Assembly (NCBI GenBank): GCA_038087875.1
Contig: JAXLNO010000548.1
Coordinates: 188,001 to 239,647, forward strand
DNA length: 51,647 nucleotides
Direction: 5' to 3'
Source of the DNA: Malacoraja senta
Taxonomy: Eukaryota
Shown here in pieces: positions 35,602-47,600 of the stretch. The notes under the pieces are model-generated. The model ran no database searches. It saw nothing but the letters and a program-made list of their open reading frames with translations, and was not told the DNA's origin. The position numbers were made by a program, and so were the translations under genes. The number at the start of each line of letters is the position of its first letter. The first letter of the stretch is position 1.

Positions 35602-36392
35602 TGCCTTTATTGTCATTGAGACCGAAGTCTGGACTAAATTGCGGCAGTCATACATATAATACAATAAAAACAACAATAAACACATATTAACATCCACCAC
35701 AGTGAGTCCACCCAGCATCTCCTCACTGTGATGGAGGCAAAAGTCTTAGGTCTGCAGTCTCTTCCCTCCTCTTCGCTGAGGCGATACCCCCCGGGCGATG
35801 TTATAAATCAGTCCCGCGGCTCAAACACCGCGGCCCGGGGTGGTCGAAGCTGCCACCCACCAGTCCTGCAGACGCAGCCGCTGGCCCGCGGCCGAACCCC
35901 GGACTCAGGCCACCATCGCCAGAACACCGTCCCAGCCACCCTCACGTGAGTACCGTGCCGTCTTCAGCCTCCGGCTGGGCCGCCCCGACATGGGCGCCGA
36001 ACCTCCCCCGGGCCGGGCCGCCCCGACATGGGCGTCGCTTCTTCCCCGGGCCGGGGCGCCCCGACTTGGGCGTCGCTTCTCCCTCTGGCCGGGATGCCCC
36101 GACTTGGGCGTCGATTCTCCCCCCGGCCGGGCCGCCCCGACTTCGGCGTCGCTTCTCCCTCCGGATGGATATTGACCGAAATACACAAAGGGTTGCTGGA
36201 TAATTTAGTTCGGATAAATGTTTCAGAATACGAATTGGATGACTGAGATAAGATGGAATTGAACCTGGCAAACATATCTGAATACACTGTACCTCCTACC
36301 CAGAAAATAGTGAGGCTCATTTATGAAGTACAAATATGGCTGGGCGAACATGTTTTTTTGCACAATAGGGAAAGGAAGAGTAATGTAATCAG
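35102..36392 (+). pseudogene. Best-preserved copy of the repeated module, split by a retroelement insertion
   Basis: Joining 35280 to 36167 gives [132 protein letters not shown]. Flanked by ctttcaag and AG|gtatga splice-like sites. Confidence 0.55.
35281..36166 (-). mobile_element. Retroelement 3' end with ~340-bp (TATC)n tail and internal ~35-bp GC-rich tandem repeats
   Basis: (GATA)n at 35282-35621 abuts gcctttattgtcatt. GC repeats at 35975-36160. GGAT at both junctions. Confidence 0.75.
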
Positions 36393-38164
36393 GTATGAAA
36401 TGATTGAGTCCGAGGTCAGTTCTGAAACTGCGCACCACGGATCAGACGAATAGCTTATTACCCTCCGTTATCAGGCCTCCGAACAGTCCCTCCAGCGATG
36501 GGGTGCTGTTCAATTTCCCTCTAACTTCATTCATTCATCATCCTTGAAAACATTAGTGACGCAGTGGTGATGGTTTCCGACGGGCAAATTGCGGCTTTGG
36601 GTTTTGTCTCACAACAGCCACTAACCCATTGTGGCATTGGGCGTTGTCTCACAACAGCCACTAACCCATTGTGGCATTGGGCGTTGTCTCACAAACTGAT
36701 GAACAACGATGCGATACAATGTGAAAACTGTGTTCTGCACTCTGTATCGTTCACTTTGCTTTATCTATTCACATAGTCATAGACCATCGGCCCAGCTTGC
36801 CCTAACCGACAAATGTGCCGCATAAACAGTAGTCCCACCTGCTTTGTTTGTCCCTGATCACGTTCAACCTTTCCTATTCACCTACCGGTCCAAATGTCTT
36901 TAAATGTTGTGATGGTTTTCACCCCAACTACCTCCTCTCGCAACTCGTTCTATATACCCACCAACCCCTGTGCGAATCCACACACTGACCACCCTCTGTA
37001 TTTATACAAAGACTCACCACTCTGTGTCCTCGTGTTTGAACTGAATCTGTATATGTTATATCTGATCAGTTTGGACAGCAGGCACAACCAAGTTTTAGAC
37101 TGTACCTTGATACATGTGATAATAAACGTGGCTAAAACCTAATGCCCTTCGCATCTTAATTGTTCCCAACACCACGAACCCAGCGGGATGTCTCATGGCT
37201 CACAGAAGTAACGCATCAAACATCGTTCCAGCTGTGGACCTCGGCACAGTCAAATGATACGTTTTGCACGTTGTACTATCTTTGCGTTTTTACAGAACTC
37301 GAATTCACCAACTGCACATGACCAGTTCCACGGCGGTCTGAATTATGCAATGTGGGCTGAGCAAATGATGTTCATCCTTACAAACACACGGACAAGTCTG
37401 GGATTCGTAGAAATAAAAGGCAATATTGATCATAACATCACGAACAATATTCTGTATTCTGTATATTCCCCTTGGTCTATCTGGTGTATCTGAGTTTGAA
37501 GAAGGGTTTCGTTGCATATTTCCTTCGCTCCATGGATGCTGCTGCACCCGCTGAGTTTCTCCAGCACTTTTGTCTACCTCTGAGTTTGAACTGTTTGTAC
37601 CTATGCACGATCTATCCGATCTGAGTGGATCAGAAGCAAAACAAAGCTTTTCACTATTCCTCGGTACATATCACATTAGTAAACCTTTGCCTAACCGTAC
37701 CATTGCTAATCATCTGACAAAAGTGATATTTATGATCAGAGCGGGAATGTTCGTAGTATGATTGCGACTAAGATTGTCCATGTGAAACAGACGATATCGA
37801 TATCTAAGATGGTTTTTGATTTCCTGACCCGGATAAAAGTGCATTTACCTTATCTATTTTCCTCGTGATTTTATACATTATCATAAGACCATCCCTCATC
37901 CTCCGGCACTCGAAGGAATAATGTCCGCACCTCTCATTATAACTCGACCCATTCAAGGGAAAAGTAGCGAACCCCTGCCATAACTAGTGACGGTGAGACC
38001 ACATGTGGAGAATTGTGCAAGACTGGGTCGTGTGTCACAGAGTCACAGAGCAGAGAAGCAGGCCCAACAACGGTCTATGTCAAAAGTATCCAATTACTAA
38101 ATCCTATTTACTAGCTCTTGATCAGCAGAGTATTATGCCTTCGAACTATCTAATTTATCGTTAA

Positions 38165-38790
38165 TTCCCACATACCTCGACCCTTGTACCACCAAACCTA
38201 TTTCCATATACATCGACTCCATCCTATCCCCCTGGTCAAATCCCTCCCTACCTATGTCCCAGACACCTCACACGCTCTTCGTCCCTTCATGGCTTCCGTT
38301 TTCCAGGCCCCCATTCTCTCATCTTCACCGTGGATGTCCAGTCACTCTACACCTCCATCCCCGGCCAGGAGGGTCTTAAAGCCCTCCGCTTCTTCCTCGA
38401 CCACAGAACCAACCAATCCACGTCTACTGATAATCCTCCGCCTAGCGGAGCTGGGCCTTACCCTCAACAACTTTTCCTTCGACTCCTACCATTTCCTCCA
38501 AACCAAGGCGTAGCTATTGGCTCGCGCCTGGGCCCATATCATTGTTCGAGGCGATACCGTGGCCCTATCCACGAACTCTATCTCCGCTACATCGACGACT
38601 GCAACGGTGCTGCCTCCTGCACCCATGCAGTACTCACTGACTTCATCCTTTTCACCACTAACTTCCATCTGGCACTCAAATTCACCTGGACCATTTCCAA
38701 TATCTCCCCACCGTTTCTTGACCTCACTATCTCCTTCGCAGGTAACAGACTACTGACCAATATCTACTACAAACCCCCTGACTCCCATCT
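38165..38790 (+). mobile_element. Penelope-like RT fragment
   Basis: DVQSLYTSIP, GVAIG, LRYIDD, PFLDL, IYYKP. Confidence 0.9.
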
Positions 38791-40840
38791 GCGATATATT
38801 GAGCTCAGACACAGATTAACAATTAACTCACTGGTGACCGGAACATGACTGCACCGTGGTTTAGTCAATCATATACAATGCTCCAACTAAAGGTGGCGCT
38901 ATTATAACTCCTCCCTCCTTAATGAAAACGTTATCGCCTTGTTGACATTTTAAAATATAACATTGTTGACATTTGTGAATATAATAAAAACGGTATGAAT
39001 ATATTACAATCTTTTATATTAGTTTACTTTTATATAACCTGAATAAAATGAGGGGATCAGGCATATATGTTGCATATGCAATGATCTGTGCATTTCCCAA
39101 ATTAAACTTCACAAATTAAACCTAACCGACGGATTTCTCCTTTTATCTGGATATCGTCTCTGACCAAAAGTTTTTGACTGTTTAGAACCACTTGGACTCA
39201 TTTATGATCGAGTCAAGTCTTCCTTTTAACCTACATTCATAGATTCCAGTCCATCAGTCAATTTTGTAGACTGTCAACCACAGTTGAACCTCCATTTTCA
39301 GGCTGGTTCAAACGCTCACTATCTTGTGTACCTTCATGTACCATTTCTGGTTCATCCGTTGGTACCTGTACTTGAGTGGTAACCAAATTATCTGACTCGT
39401 CTAATTGATCTGGTTGCAAACCTGTCTGTGCTTGCATAGGCATGACATAGTCAATGTGTACTTTTCTCACCTTCCCACTTCCAAACATCTTGACCAAGTA
39501 TGTCCGTGGTCTGCACATTCTCACTACGCTTCCAGGTAACCACTTTAGATTTGATTTGATTTAATTTATTGTCGTTGTCTTCAATTAAGAGACAACGAAA
39601 TTCTCTTCCCACACAGTAATACAAAAAATAATATTTTAATAAAACACAAAAGCACCGGACACAGTAGTCCACAACTCAAACATCCCCACAGCGGCACCAA
39701 AGTTACCCACTGTGAGGGAAGGAATCAATGTCCAGTCAACCTACTCGCTGATGTTCCCCAATGTTCCCCCGTGGTCGGGGCCTCCCGACCACCCCGTAGT
39801 CGCCGCCACGGGCGGACCGATGTTCAGGCCCTCTCGCCGGGAACGATGGAACCCCGACGTCGAACGGGAGAACATCCTCAGCGGCCTGGACCTCTGAATC
39901 GGCCACCTTCCACCTTCCACCGGAGTCCGGGGCTCCCGACGTCCACAGGCCGCGCTGGGCGGAGATTCGCGCTGGCGACACACGGCAAAGAGTCCCAGGA
40001 CTTTGCGATGTTAAAGGCAGCTCCGTCCGCGTTAGGAGCTCCGCACCCACAGCTCCGCGATGCTGGAGCAACGGCCCAACACTCCCGAGCTCCAAGCGGC
40101 GATCCCAGGTAAGGCCTAGCCCGCTCCGCGATGTATCGAGCGCAGCGCCGCAGCTGCTGAAGCTCTGGTCCGGTCCCAGTTGGTAGGCCGCAAGGGGAGG
40201 TGGGGTGTGGGGGGAGGGGTGGCGAGGACGCGACTCGGATAATAGCCGCATCCTCGCCAGGAAGAGACTGAAGGACGGTTCCCCCCTTACCCTACCCGCT
40301 TCCCCCACATAAAGTACTGAAAAAAACTACAAAAACACACTCTAAACATAACAAAATAAAAAAGACAACCAGACTGTGGGCGGAGGCAGCCAGTAACAGC
40401 GCGACCGGATGTGCTAGGGCGCCACCGGATGTCCTAGGAGTACGCACTTGTGATGGTGTGTTTCACCTTTAACTTCTGATTCCACTCAACTTTCCTTTAT
40501 CTACTTCTGTCATGATATGCTTTTTTGTTTTTCCTGCTTCTTTTCTACTGCTTGAGCCAAGTTTGGTTTCAGCAGTAAAAACCTTGTTCTCGGTTTTCTC
40601 CTCAAGAACAGTTCAGCTGGCGTTTGACCAATAGTGGTGTGTGGTGTGTTTCGATATGTAATCAGAAAGTTAGCCAGTTTGTGAGACAGAGACAACTGTC
40701 TTTTCTTTGGATTTGGATTCCGCAGTTGTTTGAATAAATTACGTTTTACAATTTGCACTGTGCGTTCTGCTGCTCCATTTGAAGCGGAATGGTATGGAAT
40801 GACTCTAGTGTGTTTTACACCATTCCATTTCATGAATGCG
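38790..40840 (-). mobile_element. Gypsy LTR retrotransposon 3' remnant (integrase C-half, PPT, start of 3' LTR), interrupted at 39546-40437
   Basis: PYHSASNGAAERTVQ...YRNTPH.TIGQTPAELF, then RTYLV...VHID and RYP..R. Polypurine tract AAGGAGGGAGGAG precedes the LTR start (TGTAAT at 43355 in the inverted copy). Confidence 0.88.
39546..40437 (-). mobile_element. GC-rich non-coding retroelement with (ATCAA)n tail inserted in the Gypsy integrase
   Basis: Interrupts the integrase reading. gacaataaa + short-repeat tail at 39546-39575. Confidence 0.7.
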
Positions 40841-41472
40841 GCTATTATCCGAGTAGCGACCTCGCCCCCCCCCAATCCCACCTCCCCTCGCGGCCTACCA
40901 ACGGGGACCGGACCAGAGCTTCAGCAGGTGCGACGCTGCGCTCGATATATCGCGGAGCGGGCGAGGCCTTTCCTGGGATCGCCGCATGGAGCTCCGGAGT
41001 GTTGGGCCGCTGCTCCAGCATCGCGGAGCTGTGGGTGCCGAGCTCCTAACGCGGGAGGAGCTGACTTAAACATCGCAAAGTCCTGGGACCATTTGCCGGG
41101 GGTCGCCATCGCAAATCTCCGCCCAGCGCGGCCTGTGGATATCGGGAGCCGCGGTGGAAGGTGGAAGGTGGCCGATTCAGAGGCCCAGGCCGCTGAGGAT
41201 GTTGTCCCGTTCGACGTCGGGGTTCCATCGTTCCCGGCGAGAGGGCCTGAACATCGGGCCGCCCGTGGCGGCGACTAAGGGGTTCAAGTGTGGTTGACAG
41301 TCTACAAAATTGACTGATAGACTGGAATCTATGAATGTAGGTTAAAAGGAAGTCTTGACTCGATAAAAAATGAGTCCAAGTGGTTCTAAACAGTCAGAAA
41401 CTTTTGGTCAGAAATTATATACAGACAAAAGGAGCAATCCGGTGGTTAGGTTTAATTTGTGAAGTTTAATTT

Positions 41473-43020
41473 CATAAGTTTACCTAATTTCATGTATTAT
41501 TATTGGTCAGTAAATATTAAAAATATGATTCAACTGATGGATAACTCCGCCCAGCAAGTGGACTGGATTGTAATGGAGAAAGAGGATTGCTCCTCTGGAA
41601 ACATTGGAGCGATCCTCCTCTCTCCAATGAAACTGAATAATATAAATTATAATAAGAACCCAATTATTCATAGCACAATCCGAATTTGGAAACAAATAAA
41701 ACAAAATTTAAAATTAAGAAATGTATCACTTTTATCACCCATAGTTAATAACCCTTCGTTTAATCCCTCTATTATAGATAAAGCTTTTACACATTGGGAT
41801 AGACTAGGAATTAAAACGTCCGGTGACTTGTATGAAACTGGAAAATTACTTTCATTTCAAGAATTACAAATAAAATATAAACTCGGAAATAATCAATATT
41901 TTAAATATTTTCAAATATGCGACTATTTGAAAAAATATACAAAAGATCATTATAATAACCCAGCAGATGTATTGGATGAGGCAATGCAGATAAAAGCTGA
42001 ATCAGCAAACTTAATATCATATTTGTATAACATTATCTTAAATGTAGAAATACCATCTACGGAGGGTATCAGAAGAGACTGGGAACAAGAGTTAGCTATT
42101 AAAATTTCAAAGGAAAGTTGGAATGAACACTTATTAAACGTGCATAAATGTTCGATTAATGTAAGACACACTTTAATACAATTTAAAATTTTACATAGAT
42201 TATATTATTCCAAAACTAAAATCCATAAAGTTTTCCCAAATGTATCATCCATTTGTGATAAATGTCAATCCCAAGAACCTACTATAGCGCACTCATTTGT
42301 TTTCTGTACAAAAATTCAAAAATTTTGGAATTAAATTTTCGAAATCTTTACAAAATTATTTAAAATAAAACTGATACCCAAAGCAGAATGGATTATCTTC
42401 GGAATAACGGAAGATGGTCCAGAACTAAATGTGTTTCAAAAGAAACTAATAGACTATGGGTTAATAACTGGAAAAAAGCTAATCCTAAAATTTGGGAAGA
42501 AGGCTCCAATACCAACTATAAACATGTGGATTTCAAATATGTTCGAAACATTACACCTAGAAGAGATAAGACTCCTCCTGGCAGGTAAACCAGATCACTT
42601 CCACCTGACGTGGTCTGCATTTATAGAATTATTACAAATATAGGGTGCAAAGGTACATTAAAAAAATTGAGGTCAGGTAATGGGGTATGATAGTTGAAGA
42701 GTTGGTATGTCCCATTTACGTAATGCTCATAAAAACTATTTGTTTCTCTCTTTTTCCTCTTTCTCTTTCTCCTTCTTTTCTAGGGTCTATTTCTTAACTC
42801 TTTTTCTTTTGTTTATAATTTTGTTCTTATAGGGTCTTCGTTCTTTCTTGTTGTCACATTATCTACACTCTCACTTTTTCCTTCACTTTTTTCTTTCTTT
42901 CAATCTTATCCTTTCCTTTTACTAGTGTAAAATACAAACGGAGTACATTAATTGTAAGAAGACATAAGTGACGAGTACTAATGTATGTGGTTGTAATGTA
43001 ATGTACTTCTAATAAATATA
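41473..43020 (+). mobile_element. 5'-truncated L1 (ORF2 C-terminus + 3'UTR)
   Basis: LPNFMYYYW...IQFKILHRLYY...CDKC...HSFVFC..I..FW zinc knuckle. AATAAA at 43011. Confidence 0.92.
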
Positions 43021-43479
43021 TATTTTTAAATATATATATATATATATATTTATGTATATATATATATATATAATTTTTCTTTGTTTATTATTCATTTTCA
43101 TCTTTTGTTTCTTCTTTTTTTAATCGTTCGAAATAAAAGATATCAAATTCAAATTCAAATTTGGGAAATGCACAGATCATTGCATATGCAACATATATGC
43201 CTGATCCCTTCATTTTATTCAGGTTATATAAAAGTAAAGTATTATAAAAGATTGTAATATATTCATACCGTTTTTATTATATTTAAAAATGTCAACAATG
43301 TTATATTTAAAAATGTCAACAAGGCGATAACGTTTTCATTAAGGTGGGAGGAGTTGTAATAGCGCCACCTTTAGTTGGAGCATTGTATATGGTTGAATAA
43401 ACCACGGTGCAGCTGTGCAGTCATGTTCCTTTCACCAGTGAGTTAACTTGTTATTCTGTGTCTGAGCTCAATATATCTC

Positions 43480-44110
43480 AGATGGGAGTCAGGGGGTTTG
43501 TAGTAGATATTGGTCAGTAGTCGGTTACCTGCGATGGAGATAGTGAGGACAAGAAACGGTGGGGAGATATTGGAATGGTCTAGGTGAATTTGAGTGCCGG
43601 ATGGAAGTTAGTGGTGAAATGGATGAAGTCAGTGGGTGCTGCATGGGTGCAGGAGGCAGCATCGTTGTAGTCGTCGATGTAGCGGAGGTAGAGTTCGGGG
43701 ATAGGACCACGGTATCGCCTCGAACAATGATATGGGCCCAGGCGCGAGCCAATAGCTACGCCTTGGATTTGGAGGAAATGGGAGGAATCAAAGGAAAAGT
43801 TGTTGAGGGTAAGGCCCAGCTGCGCTAGGCGGAAGATTATCAGTAGACGTGGATTGGTTGGTTCTGTGGTCGAGGAAGAAGCGGAAGGCTTTAAGACCCT
43901 CCTCGTCGGGGATGGAGGTGTAGAGTGACTGGACATCCACGGTGAAGATGAGGGAATGGGGGCCTGGAAAACGGAAGCCATGAAGGGGACGAAGAGGGTG
44001 TGAGGTGTCCGGGCATAGTTAGGGAGAGATTTGACCAGGGGGATAGGATGGAGTCGATGTATATGGAAATATGTTTGGTGGTACAAGGGTCGAGGTATGT
44101 GGGAATTAAC
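43480..44110 (-). mobile_element. Penelope-like RT fragment (inverted duplicate of 38165-38790)
   Basis: Reverse-complement identity with the same breakpoints. Confidence 0.9.
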
Positions 44111-44294
44111 GATAAATTAGGTAGTTCGAAGGCATAATATTCTGCTGATCACGAGCTAGTAAATGGGATTTAGTAATTGGATACTATCGACATAGATAGT
44201 TGTTGGGCCTGCTTCTCTGTTATGTGACTCTGTGACACACGACCAGTCTTGCATAATTCTCCACATGAGGTATCACCGTCACTAGTTATAATCA

Positions 44295-44690
44295 TATAAC
44301 CATATAACCATTACAGCACGGAAACAGGCCATCTCGGCCCTTCAAGTCCGTGCCGAACACTTTTCTACCCCCTTCTTTCTTCTTCCTTCCCCCTAGTTCC
44401 ATCTACCTGCACTCGGATCATATCCCTCCATTCCTTTCCCGTCCATATACCCATCCAATCTATTTTTAAAGGATAAAATCGAACCTGCCTCTACCACTTC
44501 CACTGGAAGCTCATTCCACACAGCTACCACTCTCTGAGTAAAGAAGTTCCCCCTAATGTTACCCCTAAACTTCTGTCCCTTAATTCTCAAGTCATGTCCC
44601 CTTGTTTGAATCTTCCCTACTCTCAATGGAAAAAGCTTATCCACGTCAACTCTGTCTAACCCGATCATCATTTTAAAGACTTCTATCAAG
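44295..44690 (-). mobile_element. CR1-type LINE 3' end
   Basis: IEVFKMMIGLDRVD...FTQRVVAVWNELP. Confidence 0.88.
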
Positions 44691-47600
44691 ATTAGATACA
44701 GGAGAGTAAGAACAGAAGAATCTATAAATACATTTAGAAATGTATTACTGACTCAAAATTGGAAACAGGTGTTTAAAGAGACTGATACCAACAAAGCGTA
44801 TGAAACATTCCTGATAATATTTAAATCATTATATGATGAACATTGTCCTTTGAAACAACACATCAAGAAGCAAAAATATATAGCTAGGCCATGGATGACA
44901 AAAGGACTACAAAATGCATGCAAAAAAAAAGAATATCTTGTATAAAGAATTCATAAAATTTAGAACTATAGAAGCAGAAAGTAAATGCAAAAGATACAAA
45001 AACAAATTGACTAATATTATGAGGATATGTAAGAAAGATTATTATAATAAAATATTAAACGATAATAAAAATAATATCAAGGGCATATGGAATGTGTTAA
45101 ATAATATTATCAGGAATGGATCAATGAATATAAACTACCCTCAGTATTTTGAAGACAATGATACAACTGTAAGCGATATGAATGATGTGGTTAATGGGTT
45201 TAACACATTTTTTGTAAGTGTGGGACCAAAACTGGCAGAAGAAATCGATAATCCACAGTCAGAAGAAGGAGAGGGGGATGTTGTGGATTTGTTAGACAGC
45301 AACCCAAACTCAATGTTTTTTAAAGCAGCTGATGAAAAGGAGATTATTGACATTGTTAGTAATTGTAAGAATAAAAGGTCTACAGACTGCAATGACATTG
45401 ATATGGCTTTACTCAAGTTAGTCATTGGTGTAATTGTAAAACCCTTAACTTATATTTGCTATATATCTTTCAAAACTGGTGTATTTCCATGTAAAATGAA
45501 AACTGCCAAAGTCATCCCACTATACAAAGCTGGAGACAGAAATCAATTTACAAATTACAGGCCGGTGTCGTTACTCTCTCAGTTCTCAAAAAATAATAGA
45601 AAAACTGTATGTAAGTAGATTAGATAACTTTATCGAGAAGCACGAATTGCTAGTTGATAGTCAATATGGATTCAGGTCAAACAGATCGACATCCATGGCA
45701 TTAATGGAGTTAATTGAAGACATTACCAGTTCTATAGATAACAAGAAATATGCAGTGGGTGTATTTATAGATTTGAAAAAAGCATTCGATACAATTGATC
45801 ATCATTTGCTAATCAAAAAACTGGAAAAGTATGGAATCAGAGGGGTTGTACTAGAGTGGATGAGAAGCTACATAAGTAAAATACATCAGTTTGTGCAAAT
45901 AGGGGACTGCAAATCAACAGGCTTGGAAATAACTTGTGGAGTCCCACAGGGGTCGGTTTTGGGCCCCAAATTATTTATTTTGTATATTAATGATATATGT
46001 AGGGTGTCAAACCTCTTGAAATTTGTGTTATTTGCAGATGACACTAATATTTTCTGTGATTGGGACAATTTGCAGCAGCTTTTGGAGGTGGTCACAGCAG
46101 AAATGAGTAAACTGAAAACATGGCTTGATTTGAATAAATTATCATTAAATTTAAACAAAACCAAACTTATGCTGTTTGGAAAACGCAAAATAAATACACA
46201 AGTAAAAGTAATGATAAATAATGTTGAAATAGAAAGAGTGTATGAAAATCAATTTCTGGGTGTGATTCTTGATCACAAAATCTGCTGGAAACCCCATATA
46301 AAACATGTGAGAGCAAAAGTAGCACGGAGTATTGGAGTGATGGGGAAAGCAAGGCATGTTTTGAATGAGAGAGCACTGTATATTCTGTACAGCTCACTTG
46401 TGTTACCGTATTTAAATTACTGTGTGGAAGTATGGGGCAACACCTACAAAACCACCTTACAATCACAAAGCACACTACAAAAAAGAGCTATTCGTATAGT
46501 AAACAATGTAGGATATCATGAACACACCAATATACTGTATTTAAAATTACACACCTTAAGGATCTGGTAGAATTTAAGACTGCACAAATAATTTATAAAG
46601 CAAAAAATAAACTGCTACCTGTAAACATACAAAAACTGTTAAAAGACAGAGAGGTGGGTTATAACTTTAGAGGGAAACTAAATTTGAAGCAGCATTTAAA
46701 AAGTATGTGTATTTCCATTTGTGGGGTGGTTTTGTGGAATGGTCTTGATGAAACGATTAAACAAAGTATGAATATAATGCAATTTAAAAAAAATGTACAA
46801 ACGATATATCTTTGAAAAGTACAGTAATGAGGAAGGAGAATGTAAATCTCACAGATGTTAATGGTGCTTGTTCTTTTTGTTCTTTTCTTTTGTTCTTTTT
46901 TCTTAATAGCTTGATTGGAGTAGTTTTAATTGAATTGTCTGTTTATTTTATTTTATTGAATTTTGCATTTGTTAATGGTGAAGAATGATGAACATTGTCC
47001 TTTGAAACAACACATCAAGAAGCAAAAATATATAGCTAGGCCATGGATGACAAAAGGACTACAAAATGCATGCAAAAAAAAAGAATATCTTGTATAAAGA
47101 ATTCATAAAATTTAGAACTATAGAAGCAGAAAGTAAATGCAAAAGATACAAAAACAAATTGACTAATATTATGAGGATATGTAAGAAAGATTATTATAAT
47201 AAAATATTAAACGATAATAAAAATAATATCAAGGGCATATGGAATGTGTTAAATAATATTATCAGGAATGGATCAATGAATATAAAACTACCCTCAGTAT
47301 TTTGAAGACAATGATACAACTGTAAGCGATATGAATGATGTGGTTAATGGGTTTAACACATTTTTTGTAAGTGTGGGACCAAAACTGGCAGAAGAAATCG
47401 ATAATCCACAGTCAGAAGAAGGAGAGGGGGAGGTTGTGGATTTGTTAGACAGCAACCCAAACTCAATGTTTTTTAAAGCAGCTGATGAAAAGGAGATTAT
47501 TGACATTGTTAGTAATTGTAAGAATAAAAGGTCTACAGACTGCAATGACATTGATATGGCTTTACTCAAGTTAGTCATTGGTGTAATTGTAAAACCCCTT

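Noticed and set aside
36604..36693. 40-bp perfect tandem duplication
   Set aside because: Local slippage inside old LINE debris with no functional sign.
37296..37420. Resemblance of the cassette to copia gag (NYxxWxxxMxxxL), to a Tyr-motif receptor tail, or to the GPCR CGLSKC motif in different frames
   Set aside because: Three incompatible frames each give a short match, and substitutions show no codon-position bias, so none is supported.
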